Positions 45,721-55,672 are shown, counted from the stretch's first letter. The stretch: 64,000 nucleotides of DNA from Candidatus Calidihabitans tengchongensis (GCA_031459615.1 JAVKIE010000012.1:1405-65404), one strand, 5' to 3'. The notes: a model not told the origin generated them from the letters alone. Numbers and translations are program-made.

Positions 45721-46805
45721 GGCGTCGACAGGGCCTCGCCGGTGACCGCGTCCATCAGGCGGATCCGTGAGGGCGCCGCCCGCAGCCACACCCGCTGCCC
45801 GCTGGCGACGGCGGCGTCGGCCGGAACCGTGACCTTCACCGTGTGGCGGGCCACCCGGGCGGTGACCAGCTGGGTGGGCCCCACCGGCTCCACCACCACC
45901 ACCTCCGCGGGCAGTGCGCCCGCCGCCGGGGAGGTCAGGACCTCCAGGTGCTCGGGGCGGATCCCCACGTCCACCGGGCCGCCCCGGGCGGCGAGGCGGG
46001 CCGCCCCGGAGGGCAGCGGGATCCGGACCCCCGCCACCGCGACCGCGGGACCGTCCCCGTCAACGGTCAGCTCGCCCGGCAGGAAGTTCATGGGCGGCGT
46101 CCCGATGAACTCGCCCACGAAGCGGGTGGCCGGGGTGTCGTAGATGCGGGCGGGGGTGTCGCACTGGACGATCTGGCCGTCCCGCATCACCGCGATGCGG
46201 TCTCCCAGGGACAGCGCCTCCACCTGGTCGTGGGTCACGTACACGGTGGTGGACCCCAGCTCCCGGTGCAGCCGCTTCAGTTCCGCCCGCATGTGCAGCC
46301 GCAGCAGGGCATCCAGGTTGGACAGCGGCTCGTCCATCAGCAGGACATCGGGGCGCATCACGATGGCACGCGCGACCGCCACCCGCTGGCGCTGCCCGCC
46401 GGACAGCTGGGCCGGGAAGCGGTCCAGCAGGTCGGCGATCTCCAGCAGTTCGGCCGCCTCCCGGGCGCGCCGGCGCTGCTCGGCCACAGGCAGCCGGTGC
46501 ATCCGCAGCCCGAAGACGATGTTGTCGTAGACGGTCATGTGGGGGAAGACGGCGTAGGACTGGAAGACCATCGCGATCCCCCGCCGGCCCGGAGGCAGCC
46601 GGGTGACGTCGCGCCCGCCGATGACCACCCGTCCCCGGTCCAGCGTCTCCAGGCCGGCGATGGCCCGCAGGGTGGTGGTCTTCCCGCACCCGCTGGGCCC
46701 CAGCAGGACCAGGAACTCGCCGTCCCCGACGTGCAGGCTGAGGTCGCGGATGGCCACCACCCGGCCGAAGGTCTTGCGCAGCCCGGTCAGGGCGATGTCG
46801 GCCAT
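45717..46805 (-). CDS. sugar ABC transporter ATP-binding protein (MalK/UgpC/MsmX type)
   Basis: GPSGCGKTT, LSGGQRQRVAVARA and LLMDEPLSNLD, plus a C-terminal TOBE-like regulatory domain. Confidence 0.93.
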   Translation of the reverse strand: MADIALTGLRKTFGRVVAIRDLSLHVGDGEFLVLLGPSGCGKTTTLRAIAGLETLDRGRVVIGGRDVTRLPPGRRGIAMVFQSYAVFPHMTVYDNIVFGLRMHRLPVAEQRRRAREAAELLEIADLLDRFPAQLSGGQRQRVAVARAIVMRPDVLLMDEPLSNLDALLRLHMRAELKRLHRELGSTTVYVTHDQVEALSLGDRIAVMRDGQIVQCDTPARIYDTPATRFVGEFIGTPPMNFLPGELTVDGDGPAVAVAGVRIPLPSGAARLAARGGPVDVGIRPEHLEVLTSPAAGALPAEVVVVEPVGPTQLVTARVARHTVKVTVPADAAVASGQRVWLRAAPSRIRLMDAVTGEALSTP

Positions 46806-46827
46806 GGACGCACCGGACGCCGCCGGG

Positions 46828-47637
46828 TCACCGGACGGTCACCCCCCACAGGGTGAGCAGGTAGCGGCGGATCAGGAAGATGATGATCAGCGCGGGGACC
46901 ACCATGAAAAATCCCCCGGCAAACCGGAAGGGCAGAGGGGCGCCGGCGCCCAGCACCGAGTCCACGATGAGGGCGGGCAGGGTGCGCCGGTCCAGGGTCA
47001 GGATGGTGGCAGCAAACACCTCGTTCCAGGAGAGGACGAAGGTGAAGATGGCCGCCGCCGCCAGGCCCGGCGCCGCCATGGGGAGGGTCACCCGCAGGAC
47101 GGCCTGCGCCCGACTGCTGCCGAGGGTCAGGGCGGCCTCTTCCAGCTCGTAGGACACCCCCGCAAAGACGCTGGTGACGATGGCGGTGACGAAGGGGACG
47201 CTGAGGGCCGTGTGGACCGCGGCCACCCCCACCACCGTGTCGTACAGCCCCCACCGGATGAACGCCACCGCCAGGGGCACCGACAGGACCGTGGCGGGGA
47301 ACATCTTCACCGACAGGATCAGCAGCTGCAGCGCCTCGCGACCCCGGAAGGCGTAGCGGGCCAGGGCGTATCCCGCCGGCGCCGCCAGGGCCAGGGACAG
47401 GGCGATGGTCAGGACCGCCACCTGCACGCTGCGCAGCGTCGCCGGCCACACGCCGGTGGACCGCAGGAAGAACGCCAGCGTGTCCAGCGAGAACCGGGAC
47501 GGCCACAGGGGCCGCGGCCACTGGTACAGCACCTCCCGGGGGGTGAACGCCGCCAGGGTGATGAGCAGGAGCGGCAGGGCCACCCAGGCGGCGATGGCCA
47601 GGACGGCGGCGTAGACGGCCACCCGCCGCAGGGTCAC
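46828..47637 (-). CDS. carbohydrate ABC transporter permease (MalG-like)
   Basis: 269 aa from the GTG at 47637 (GTGA overlap with the upstream stop). EAA loop EEAALTLGSSRAQAVLRVTLPMAAPG. Confidence 0.88.
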   Translation of the reverse strand: MTLRRVAVYAAVLAIAAWVALPLLLITLAAFTPREVLYQWPRPLWPSRFSLDTLAFFLRSTGVWPATLRSVQVAVLTIALSLALAAPAGYALARYAFRGREALQLLILSVKMFPATVLSVPLAVAFIRWGLYDTVVGVAAVHTALSVPFVTAIVTSVFAGVSYELEEAALTLGSSRAQAVLRVTLPMAAPGLAAAAIFTFVLSWNEVFAATILTLDRRTLPALIVDSVLGAGAPLPFRFAGGFFMVVPALIIIFLIRRYLLTLWGVTVR

Positions 47638-48527
47638 GCCCGCCCCTCCCCCGCCCGGGGCGCCAGCCCCCGCAGGTACACCCAGGTGACGGCGCCCGAC
47701 AGCAGGAGGATCAGGACCGCGTAGGCGCTGGCCACCTGCGGGCTGCGGTACAGGGCGTACCAGAAGTAGGCCTCTCCGGCCAGGACGGGCACCTGCCGGC
47801 CGGCCAGGGCGACCACGGTGGCGAACAGCTGGAACGCCAGGATGGTGCGGATGATCAGCGCGGTCTGGAGGCTGGGGCGCAGCAGGGGCAGGATCACGTG
47901 CCGCAGCGTCTGCCAGGGCCCGGCGCCGAACACGGCGGCGGTTTCCGCGTAGTCCCGCGGGATCAACTGCAGCCCCGCCAGGAGGATGACCATCACGATG
48001 GCCGTGGCGCGCCACACCTCGGCGGCGACGATCGCGGCCAGGAGCCACCCGGGCCGCTCCAGGGTCAGGAACACCACCGGGTGCGCGATCACCCCCAGGG
48101 TCTGCAGGAGGGCGTTGAGATAGCCCCGTTCGGTGAAGATCGACAGCCAGATCAGCCCGGCCGCCAGGTCGGAGATGCCCAGGGGCAGCGCCGTCAGGTA
48201 CAGGAACGCCCCGTGGCCCCGGAAGCGGGCGTGCACCAGCAGGGCGATGGCCAGGCCCAGGGCCACCTGCAGGGGCACCGCCAGCGCGGTGATGACCAGC
48301 GTGAACCGCAGCGCGGGGCGGAAGTACAGGTCGGCGGCCATGCGCCGCAGGTGGGCCGGGGTCAGCCCGCCCGCCGGATCGTCCACGGCCAGCCAGATGG
48401 CCTGAGCCATGGGATAGAGGAAGAACACCGCGAGAAACAGCACCACCGGCACCACCAGCAGGTACGGGGTCCAGTCCACCCGCGGGCGGGCCGGCGCGGC
48501 GGAGAGGTCGGCATCAGCCACGGCCAT
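47634..48527 (-). CDS. carbohydrate ABC transporter permease (MalF-like)
   Basis: 297 aa, 6 TM. EAA loop ETAAVFGAGPWQTLRHVILPLLRPS. Confidence 0.88.
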   Translation of the reverse strand: MAVADADLSAAPARPRVDWTPYLLVVPVVLFLAVFFLYPMAQAIWLAVDDPAGGLTPAHLRRMAADLYFRPALRFTLVITALAVPLQVALGLAIALLVHARFRGHGAFLYLTALPLGISDLAAGLIWLSIFTERGYLNALLQTLGVIAHPVVFLTLERPGWLLAAIVAAEVWRATAIVMVILLAGLQLIPRDYAETAAVFGAGPWQTLRHVILPLLRPSLQTALIIRTILAFQLFATVVALAGRQVPVLAGEAYFWYALYRSPQVASAYAVLILLLSGAVTWVYLRGLAPRAGEGRA

Positions 48528-48585
48528 GGTCCGGGGAACCGGGGCGGGGCGGCCGGTCGGCCGCCCCGCCCCGGCGGTCAGGCCC

Positions 48586-49890
48586 TCAGTCGGGCACGCA
48601 CGGCCGCTCGGGAGGGTCGGGCGGCGTGCAGGGCGCGTTGGTGGCCCGGTACAGCTCGGCCAGCTTGGCGGCCTGCTCGTTCAGCACCCGCGGAATGTCC
48701 TCCCCCTGGATGGCGATGCGGCGGAAGGTGTCCACGTAGATGGGCACAAACTCGCCGGTCCGCGCGCCCAGGCCCACCGGCAGCAGCGCCGTCCGCGCGT
48801 CCCGGGCGCCGGCCTGGGCCGCCACGCCGTCGGCCACCACCTTCAGGCCGCCGGTGGGCGTGGCGCGGGCGGCCTCCGGAGAGACCGGGAAGAAGGCCAC
48901 GCCCTGCAGGGTCAGGACCTGGGTGTCCGGCCGGGTGAGGTACTCGATCAACCGCTCACCCAGGTCGGGGTTGTCGGCCGTGCGGGGGATGGCCAGGCCC
49001 ACGATGACCGAGATGAACGACCTGCCCCGGGGGCCTGCGGGCGAGGGCAGCACCACGAAGTCGTCGGGACGCTCCCGCAGGGCCGGAATCAATCGCGCGG
49101 TGTGGTCCCACGCCACCCACACCTCGCCCAGCAGCAGGGGCTCGGACATGAACTCGTAGACGAACGACGAGGGGTGGGTGACGCCCCACAGGCGGCGCAG
49201 GTACCGCCACATCTCCACCGCCTCGGGGGAGCGGAACCGCTTGACCTGCGACCCGGTGAACGACGGGTAGGCGTACCCGTGCAGGAAGCGGCCGTACAAC
49301 CCCCGGGGGCCCACCGGGAACCCCACCCGCCGCTGCCCGGTGGCCTGCCGGATGTTCTCGCCCCACTGGAGCAGGTCGTCGTAGGTCATCCGCATCGGGT
49401 CCCGGCCCGCCGGAAAGTGCCGCAGGGCTTCCTTGCGGGCGGCGATCAGGTAGGTGGCCTGCATCCAGGGAACGAACGCCTGGATGCCCTCCATGCGGGC
49501 CACCCGCAGGAGGTCGGGAAAGAAGGTGCGGTCTCCGCGGGCGTCCAGGCGGCGCTGCACCTCGGCCATGTCCCGGATGGCGTTGTTGGCGATGAACACC
49601 GGGAAGATCCCGTGCAGGGTCCCGGTGACGTCGATGGTCCCCCGGCCGGCCCGGGCCTCGGCCAGCAGCCGGTCCACGTACGGCCCCTCACTCTCGGTGA
49701 CGAACTGGACGCGGATGCCGGTCTCCTGGGTGAAGCGGGCCAGCAGGGTGTTCCGCGCCCACTCCTGCTCCTGGATGGGTGTGAGCTGGTTGGAGGTGAA
49801 GACCACCTCGGGGGCCGGGGCGGACACGCCCGCTCCGGCGGCACCCAGGGAGGCCACCACCAGTACGACACACGCCGACAGGATGCGCAT
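48586..49890 (-). CDS. extracellular solute-binding protein family 1 (sugar ABC)
   Basis: ATG at 49890 (M89 of the track ORF) follows AGGAGGTGA. Signal peptide MRILSACVVLVVASLGAAGAGVSAP. Confidence 0.85.
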   Translation of the reverse strand: MRILSACVVLVVASLGAAGAGVSAPAPEVVFTSNQLTPIQEQEWARNTLLARFTQETGIRVQFVTESEGPYVDRLLAEARAGRGTIDVTGTLHGIFPVFIANNAIRDMAEVQRRLDARGDRTFFPDLLRVARMEGIQAFVPWMQATYLIAARKEALRHFPAGRDPMRMTYDDLLQWGENIRQATGQRRVGFPVGPRGLYGRFLHGYAYPSFTGSQVKRFRSPEAVEMWRYLRRLWGVTHPSSFVYEFMSEPLLLGEVWVAWDHTARLIPALRERPDDFVVLPSPAGPRGRSFISVIVGLAIPRTADNPDLGERLIEYLTRPDTQVLTLQGVAFFPVSPEAARATPTGGLKVVADGVAAQAGARDARTALLPVGLGARTGEFVPIYVDTFRRIAIQGEDIPRVLNEQAAKLAELYRATNAPCTPPDPPERPCVPD

Positions 49891-49966
49891 CAGGTCACCT
49901 CCTGAGGGTGGGTCACTGCCGGACATCCCGTGGGTCGCACCCCCCTTCCCGCTCCCGGACGGATTC

Positions 49967-49995
49967 AAAAGGGACTGACGGCGGCGGTCAGTCCC
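49967..49995 (-). terminator. rho-independent terminator downstream of tRNA-Val
   Basis: Perfect 9-bp stem GGGACTGAC-N7-GTCAGTCCC, followed on the minus strand by CTTTTGAA. Confidence 0.65.
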
Positions 49996-50114
49996 TCTGC
50001 CAATGCCTTCTGCCTCGACCGCGATATGCAGTTGTCCGACACCGGAAAAGGTACTTCGGCGGGCGGCCGTCGGCGGTCCTGCTCGCGCCGGGGAGAGAGG
50101 CCACCCCGGCGGGA

Positions 50115-50191
50115 TGGTGGGCGGTGCAGGACTTGAACCTGCGACCTCATCCATGTCAAGGATGCGCTCTGGCCACCTGAGCTAACCGCCC
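50115..50191 (-). tRNA. tRNA-Val (anticodon GAC), CCA encoded
   Basis: Hand-folded cloverleaf: GGGCGGT-TA-GCTC-AGGTGGCCA-GAGC-G-CATCC-TTGACAT-GGATG-AGGTC-GCAGG-TTCAAGT-CCTGC-ACCGCCC-A-CCA (77 nt). Confidence 0.9.
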
Positions 50192-50228
50192 GCGCGGACT
50201 CATTATAGCCGGAACCGCCGGCGGGGGG

Positions 50229-51041
50229 CTACCGGTATCCCCTCCCCGCCCACCGCTCCAGCCCCCGCACACCCAGAGACCCCAGCAGGGTCATGATCAG
50301 GTACAGCAGCGCCACCATGTTGAAGGTCTCAAAGGAGCGGAAGGTGCGGGCGTTGAGCAGCTGGCCCGAGTAGGTGAGCTCCTGGACCGACAGCACCGAC
50401 GCCAGGGACGAATCCTTGAGCATGGCCACAAAGTCATTGCCCAGCGGCGGCAGGATCACCCGCACGGCCTGGGGGAGGATGACAAAGCGCATCGCCTGCC
50501 AGGACGACATCCCCAGCGACCGCGCCGCCTCCCACTGGCCCCGGGGAATCGACTCGATGCCGGCCCGGTAGATCTCGGCGAGGTAGGCTCCGTACCCGAT
50601 CCCCAGACCCAGCGACGCCCGCACGATGTCATTGCGGAACCAGCGGATCCCCGTGGCGTCGGCCAGGACCGGGGTCACCACGAAACCGATGTAGATCAGC
50701 TGCACCAGCAGCGGGACGCCGCGGACCACCTCCACGTACAGCCGGGCCGGCGTGTAGAAGAGAGGGTTGCGGGAGAGCTGGCCCAGCGCCGCCACCAGGC
50801 CCAGGGCCATGGCCAGGCTGTAGGCGGCCACGGCCACCTCGAGGGTGAGCACGATCCCCGGCGCCAGGAAGCGGTAGGTTTCGACGTACACCGGCGACCG
50901 GAGGATCCCCGCCAGGGCCAGCAGCCCGCCGGCCAGCAGGACCACCGCCCACCAGGGAGCCCGCTCGAGGGCGGCCAGGGACACCAGCCTGCCCTGGCCG
51001 GGCAGCCGGGGGGCCTCGGCGGGAGCGGGAGTCATGGGCAT
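50229..51041 (-). CDS. polar amino-acid ABC transporter permease
   Basis: 270 aa. EAARSLGMSSWQAMRFVILPQA EAA loop of the His/Glu/Gln/Arg family. Confidence 0.88.
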   Translation of the reverse strand: MPMTPAPAEAPRLPGQGRLVSLAALERAPWWAVVLLAGGLLALAGILRSPVYVETYRFLAPGIVLTLEVAVAAYSLAMALGLVAALGQLSRNPLFYTPARLYVEVVRGVPLLVQLIYIGFVVTPVLADATGIRWFRNDIVRASLGLGIGYGAYLAEIYRAGIESIPRGQWEAARSLGMSSWQAMRFVILPQAVRVILPPLGNDFVAMLKDSSLASVLSVQELTYSGQLLNARTFRSFETFNMVALLYLIMTLLGSLGVRGLERWAGRGYR

Positions 51042-51100
51042 CTACCAGGACGGGGGAGGTGTTCCCTCCCCCGCCCTGGCGTGCGTCGGTCCGGTTCCGG

Positions 51101-51937
51101 TTACTGGGTGGGCTTCCACTCCACGAACCACTTCTGGTACAGCCGGTCCAGGGTGCCGTTCTCCCGCAGGACCTTCAGGGCGGCGTTGAAGGCGCTCTGC
51201 AGCTCCACGTCGCCCTCCCGCACCACGATGCCCAGGCCCTCGCTGGTGAGGGGCTCGCCCACGATCTTCAGCTTGTCGGGATTGGTGCCCATGTAGCCCG
51301 AGGCGCCGGTGTTGTCGATGATCACCGCGTCGACGTCCTTGTTCAGCAGCGCCCGGACCGCCAGGTCGAAGGTGGGGTACCGCTTGACCTCCTTGATCTT
51401 GCCCTCCTTCTGCAGCTGGGACGCCAGCTCGTCGTTGGTGGTGCCCCGCTGCACCGCCACCAGCTTGTCCGCCAGGTCGCCGACCCCGCTGATCCGGGTC
51501 TCGTCGGCCCGCACCAGGATCACCTGCCCCACCTGGATGTAGGGCTCGGTGAAGTCCATGGTCTTGTCCCGCTCGGCGGTGATGGTCACCCCCGAGATCA
51601 CCGCGTCAAAGTCGCCCTTCTGCAGGGCCGGGAAGATCCCGTCCCAGGCCACACTCTTGATGTCCACCTTGCAGTTGGCCAGCTCGCAGATGGCCCGGAT
51701 CAGGTCGATGTCGTAGCCGATGATGTTCTTGTTGGCGTCCAGCATTTCAAACGGCGGGTAGGTGGCGTCGGTGGCCACCCGGATGGTCCGCCCGCCCAGG
51801 TCGGGGACCTGCGCCGCCGGCGGCGGCGCCGGCGCCGGGGCCTGGGCCTGCCGGCGCTGGCAGCCCGCCACCGCGAGCACGACGGCGGCCGCCACGGCGG
51901 CCAGGATCGCCCACCGGACGCGGAACGCATGCCTCAT
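51101..51937 (-). CDS. polar amino-acid ABC transporter substrate-binding lipoprotein (family 3)
   Basis: Lipobox LAVAGCQ. YPPFEM...GYDIDL...WDGIFPALQKGDFDAVISGVTIT...VAVQRGTT motifs. Confidence 0.88.
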   Translation of the reverse strand: MRHAFRVRWAILAAVAAAVVLAVAGCQRRQAQAPAPAPPPAAQVPDLGGRTIRVATDATYPPFEMLDANKNIIGYDIDLIRAICELANCKVDIKSVAWDGIFPALQKGDFDAVISGVTITAERDKTMDFTEPYIQVGQVILVRADETRISGVGDLADKLVAVQRGTTNDELASQLQKEGKIKEVKRYPTFDLAVRALLNKDVDAVIIDNTGASGYMGTNPDKLKIVGEPLTSEGLGIVVREGDVELQSAFNAALKVLRENGTLDRLYQKWFVEWKPTQ

Positions 51938-52111
51938 GGGGCTCCCTCCTTGGCCTGTGGGGGTCTCGCACCCTCTCCGCCCCCTAACTTCTCTTCACCG
52001 CCACCGTCTCCTCCCGAGGAGGACCTGACCGTCGCCGATGGAACACTCTCCCCCGGCCCGGAGGCGCCGTCGCTCGATGCGGCGCCGGGCGGGATGCGCT
52101 CTGCCATGGGC

Positions 52112-53122
52112 ATGGGACGCTACATTCTGGCGCGGGCCGCCCTGGCCGTCCCCATGCTGGGGGTGCTGCTGACGCTGGTCTTCGTGATCCTCCGGGTCAT
52201 GCCCGGGGACCCCTGCGTGGCGCTGCTGGGCGGCCGCAACGTCACCCCCGAAACCCTGGACCGGTGCCGGCAGGCGCTGGGGGTGGACCAGCCCATCCAC
52301 GTGCAGTACGTCCGCTACCTGGAGGACATCCTCCGCGGGAACCTGGGGACGTCCATCCGCACGGGGCTGCCGGTGCTGCAGGAGCTCCTGCTGCGGATCC
52401 CGGCCACCATCGAGCTGGCGCTGGGGGGCATGGTGGTGGCCACCGCGCTGGGGCTGGTCACCGGCGTGTACGCGTCCCTGCACAGCGACCGGCCCCTGGA
52501 CCACGGGCTGCGCCTGTTCAACGTGGCGTCGTTCGCCATGCCGGTGTTCTGGATCGGCCTGATGCTGGTGCTGCTGCTCAGCGTGCGCTGGCGGCTGTTT
52601 CCGGTGGGGGGGAGGCTGGATCCGGTGGCGGCGGCCACCTTTGAGCCGATCACCCACTTCTACCTGCTGGACACCCTGCTGCGGGGCGACGTGGCCCTGT
52701 TCGTGGACGCGCTGCGCCACCTGGCGCTGCCGGCCCTGACCCTGGGATTCGTGGTCAGCGGCTTTATCGGGCGCATGACCCGGGCCAGCATGCTGGACGT
52801 TCTGGACAAGGAGTACGTCACCGCCGCCCGGGCCAAGGGGTTGCGGGAGCGGGTGGTGGTCCTGCGCCACGCCCTGCGCAACGCGCTGATTCCCATCGTC
52901 ACGGTGGTGGGCCTGCAGTTCGCCCTGCTGATGGCCGGCGCCATCCTCACCGAGACCGTGTACAGCTGGCCGGGCGTAGCCCGCTACCTGATCGCCAGCA
53001 TCGAGGCGCGGGACTTCCAGGCCATCCAGGGCACGGTGGTCTTCATCGCCATCTTCATCTCGGCCATCAACCTGCTGGTGGACGTCCTCTATGCCCGCCT
53101 GGACCCCCGGATCCGGTTCTAG
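52112..53122 (+). CDS. peptide/nickel (Dpp/Opp-type) ABC transporter permease
   Basis: MGRYILARAALAVPMLGVLLTLVFVILRVMPGDP is the canonical DppB-like N-terminus. Other in-frame ATGs are at 52094 and 52106. Confidence 0.88.
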   Translation: MGRYILARAALAVPMLGVLLTLVFVILRVMPGDPCVALLGGRNVTPETLDRCRQALGVDQPIHVQYVRYLEDILRGNLGTSIRTGLPVLQELLLRIPATIELALGGMVVATALGLVTGVYASLHSDRPLDHGLRLFNVASFAMPVFWIGLMLVLLLSVRWRLFPVGGRLDPVAAATFEPITHFYLLDTLLRGDVALFVDALRHLALPALTLGFVVSGFIGRMTRASMLDVLDKEYVTAARAKGLRERVVVLRHALRNALIPIVTVVGLQFALLMAGAILTETVYSWPGVARYLIASIEARDFQAIQGTVVFIAIFISAINLLVDVLYARLDPRIRF

Positions 53123-53987
53123 CCCGGCGCCGGACGCCCTCTCCGGCCCCCGGCGCCGGGGGCCGCTCTCCCGCCACTACCTGCTCCTGGCGGGCAGCGT
53201 CCTGGTGGCGGCGTTTGTCGCGGTGACCCTCCTGGCTCCGGTCCTGGCCCCCTACGATCCCACCGCCCCCACGCCGGGCGGCCGCCTCGCCCCGCCCAGC
53301 CGCCAGCACCCCATGGGCACCGACCAGCTGCACCGCGACGTCCTGAGCCGGGTGCTGTACGGCGGCCGGGTGCCGCTGATGGTGGCCGCGCTGTCCTGCG
53401 CGGCCTCCCTGGCGGTGGGGACCCTCCTGGGCTGGATCTCCGGGTACGCGGGCGGCCGGGTGGACCGGGTCCTGTCGCTGGTGATGGACGCCATCTACTC
53501 GTTTCCGGCGCTCATCCTCGCCATCGCCATCGTCGCCATGCTGGGGCCGGGCCTGACCAACATGGTCCTGGCCATCTCGTTCGTCTACATCCCCGCCTAC
53601 TTCCGGGTCGCCCGGGGACAGGTCCTGGTGGTGCGGGAGCAGGACTTCGTGGAGGCCGCCCGCGCCCTGGGCGCCAGCCGCGCCCGGATCCTGCTGCGCC
53701 ACATCGCCCCCAACACCCTGTCGGCGGTGATGACGGTCCCGTCGTTCAACATCGCCGACGCCATCCTCACCGAGGCCGCCCTGTCCTTCCTGGGGTTCGG
53801 GCTGCCACCGCCCACCCCGGACTGGGGGTTTGACATCCAGAACGGCCAGCGGATGCTGCAGGCCGGCTTCTGGTGGCTGATCACCTTCCCCGGGCTGATG
53901 ATCATCCTCGTGTCGCTGGGGTTCGGCATGATCGGCGAAGGGCTGAATGACCTCCTCAATCCCCGCCGGCGCCGCCGGATCGCCTGA
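53091..53987 (+). CDS. peptide/nickel (Dpp/Opp-type) ABC transporter permease
   Basis: LLAPVLAPYDP, HPMGTDQLHRDVLSRVLYG and EAARALGASRARILLRHIAPN are DppC-like motifs. It overlaps the upstream gene by 32 nt. Confidence 0.85.
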   Translation: MPAWTPGSGSSPAPDALSGPRRRGPLSRHYLLLAGSVLVAAFVAVTLLAPVLAPYDPTAPTPGGRLAPPSRQHPMGTDQLHRDVLSRVLYGGRVPLMVAALSCAASLAVGTLLGWISGYAGGRVDRVLSLVMDAIYSFPALILAIAIVAMLGPGLTNMVLAISFVYIPAYFRVARGQVLVVREQDFVEAARALGASRARILLRHIAPNTLSAVMTVPSFNIADAILTEAALSFLGFGLPPPTPDWGFDIQNGQRMLQAGFWWLITFPGLMIILVSLGFGMIGEGLNDLLNPRRRRRIA

Positions 53988-54073
53988 GCGGAGGTCGGCG
54001 CGGCAGGAGGGCGGGTGCGGGGTCACGTAGGTGAAGGGGGGAAGGAGATCCCACGTTCGGGAGGGGGTGACGT

Positions 54074-55648
54074 ATGAGGCGCGTGTGCGCGGCCGCCGCC
54101 GTGATGGCGGTGGCGGCCCTGGCGTGGTCTGTGGCCCCGGGGGCCACGGCGGCAACGCCCCGGGATACCCTCGTGATGGGCACCACCGACCGCATCACCG
54201 AGCTGTCCCCCGAAAACTCCTACGACTACTGGACCTGGCACGTGTTCCAGCAGGTGGCCGAGGGCCTGGTGACGTTCCCGCCGGGCTCCACGGTGGTGGG
54301 GCCCCGGCTGGCGGAGAGCTGGACCGTGTCCCCCGACGGGAAGGTCTACACCTTCCGCCTGCGCAGCGGGGTGCTGTTCACCGACATGACGCCGTTTGAC
54401 GCCGACGCCGTCAAGTGGTCCCTGGAACGGGCCCTGCGGCTGAACGGACCCGAGGGCGGGGTGGGCCTCATCATGAACATCCAGAAGGTGGAGGCCCTGG
54501 ATGCCCGCACGGTCCGGATCACCCTCAAGGAGGCCGACGCCACCTTCCTGGCGCGCATGACCGACCCCATCGCGCCGGCGATGATCTTCAGCCCCAAGTC
54601 CACGCCCGCCAACGAGTTCGCCCGCGGGCGGTTTGCCGGCACGGGCCCCTACATGCTGACCCAGTACGTGCCCGACCAGCGGACGGTGTACGAGGCCTTC
54701 CGCAGCTACTGGGGCCCCCAGCCCCGCAGCCGCCGGGTGATCACGGTGTTCTTCGCCGACGAGTCGTCGCTGACGGCCGCGGTGGAGTCGGGCCAGGTGG
54801 ACGTGGGCTTCCGCAGCTTCAACCCCGAGACCCTGCGGCGCCTGCGCACCAACCCCAACCTCCAGGTCCTGCAGGGGCCCAGCCTGTCGGTGCGCTACAT
54901 CGTCTTCAACGTGCGGGCCAAGCCCTTCGACAACCCCAAAGTCCGCCAGGCCATCGCCTACGCCGTGGACCGGGAGCGGATCGCCCGGGATGTCTTTGGC
55001 GGCATCAACACCCCCCTGTACAGCATGGTGCCGCCGGGGCTGTGGAGCCACATCCCGGCGTTCCCCCGCCGGAACCTGGACCGGGCGCGGGCGCTGCTGC
55101 GGGAGGCGGGGTACTCGTCGGCCAACAAGCTGCGGATCACCCTGTGGCTCACCCCGGTGCGGTACGGGGCCACCGAGCCCGACGCGGGCGCGGTGGTCAA
55201 GCGGGCCATCGAGGAGACCGGCCTGGCCCAGGTGGAGATCAAGACCCAGGAGTGGGCCACCTACACCAAGTCCATGAGCGCCGGGGAGTTCGGCATGTTC
55301 TTCCTGGGCTGGTTCCCCGACTTCGTGGACCCCGACAACTTCCTGGCGCCGTGGCTCACGGAGTCCCCGGAGTCCCTGGGCACGTTCCTGAACAAGGCCA
55401 CCAGCGCCGCTGACCAGCAGACCTACCGGCGCTTCGTGCAGCTGCTGACCGACGCCAAGAAGACCACTGACCGTCAGGTGCGCACGCAGCTGTACCAGCA
55501 GGCCCAGCGGCTGCTGGCGGAGACCGCCATCCTGGTCCCGCTGTGGAGCAACAACGTCCAGGCCTTCGCCGTGGCGCAAAAGAATGTGCGGGGCATCGTC
55601 CTGGACGGGACCATGAACTTCCGGACCTGGCTGGTGTACAAGGAGTGA
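54074..55648 (+). CDS. ABC transporter substrate-binding protein family 5 (peptide/nickel type)
   Basis: Signal peptide MRRVCAAAAVMAVAALAWSVAPGATAA. LAESWTVSPDGKVYTFRLRSGVLFTD and WFPDFVDPDNFL motifs. Confidence 0.88.
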   Translation: MRRVCAAAAVMAVAALAWSVAPGATAATPRDTLVMGTTDRITELSPENSYDYWTWHVFQQVAEGLVTFPPGSTVVGPRLAESWTVSPDGKVYTFRLRSGVLFTDMTPFDADAVKWSLERALRLNGPEGGVGLIMNIQKVEALDARTVRITLKEADATFLARMTDPIAPAMIFSPKSTPANEFARGRFAGTGPYMLTQYVPDQRTVYEAFRSYWGPQPRSRRVITVFFADESSLTAAVESGQVDVGFRSFNPETLRRLRTNPNLQVLQGPSLSVRYIVFNVRAKPFDNPKVRQAIAYAVDRERIARDVFGGINTPLYSMVPPGLWSHIPAFPRRNLDRARALLREAGYSSANKLRITLWLTPVRYGATEPDAGAVVKRAIEETGLAQVEIKTQEWATYTKSMSAGEFGMFFLGWFPDFVDPDNFLAPWLTESPESLGTFLNKATSAADQQTYRRFVQLLTDAKKTTDRQVRTQLYQQAQRLLAETAILVPLWSNNVQAFAVAQKNVRGIVLDGTMNFRTWLVYKE

Positions 55649-55672
55649 CCCGGCCGGGGACGGGTGCCGCGC

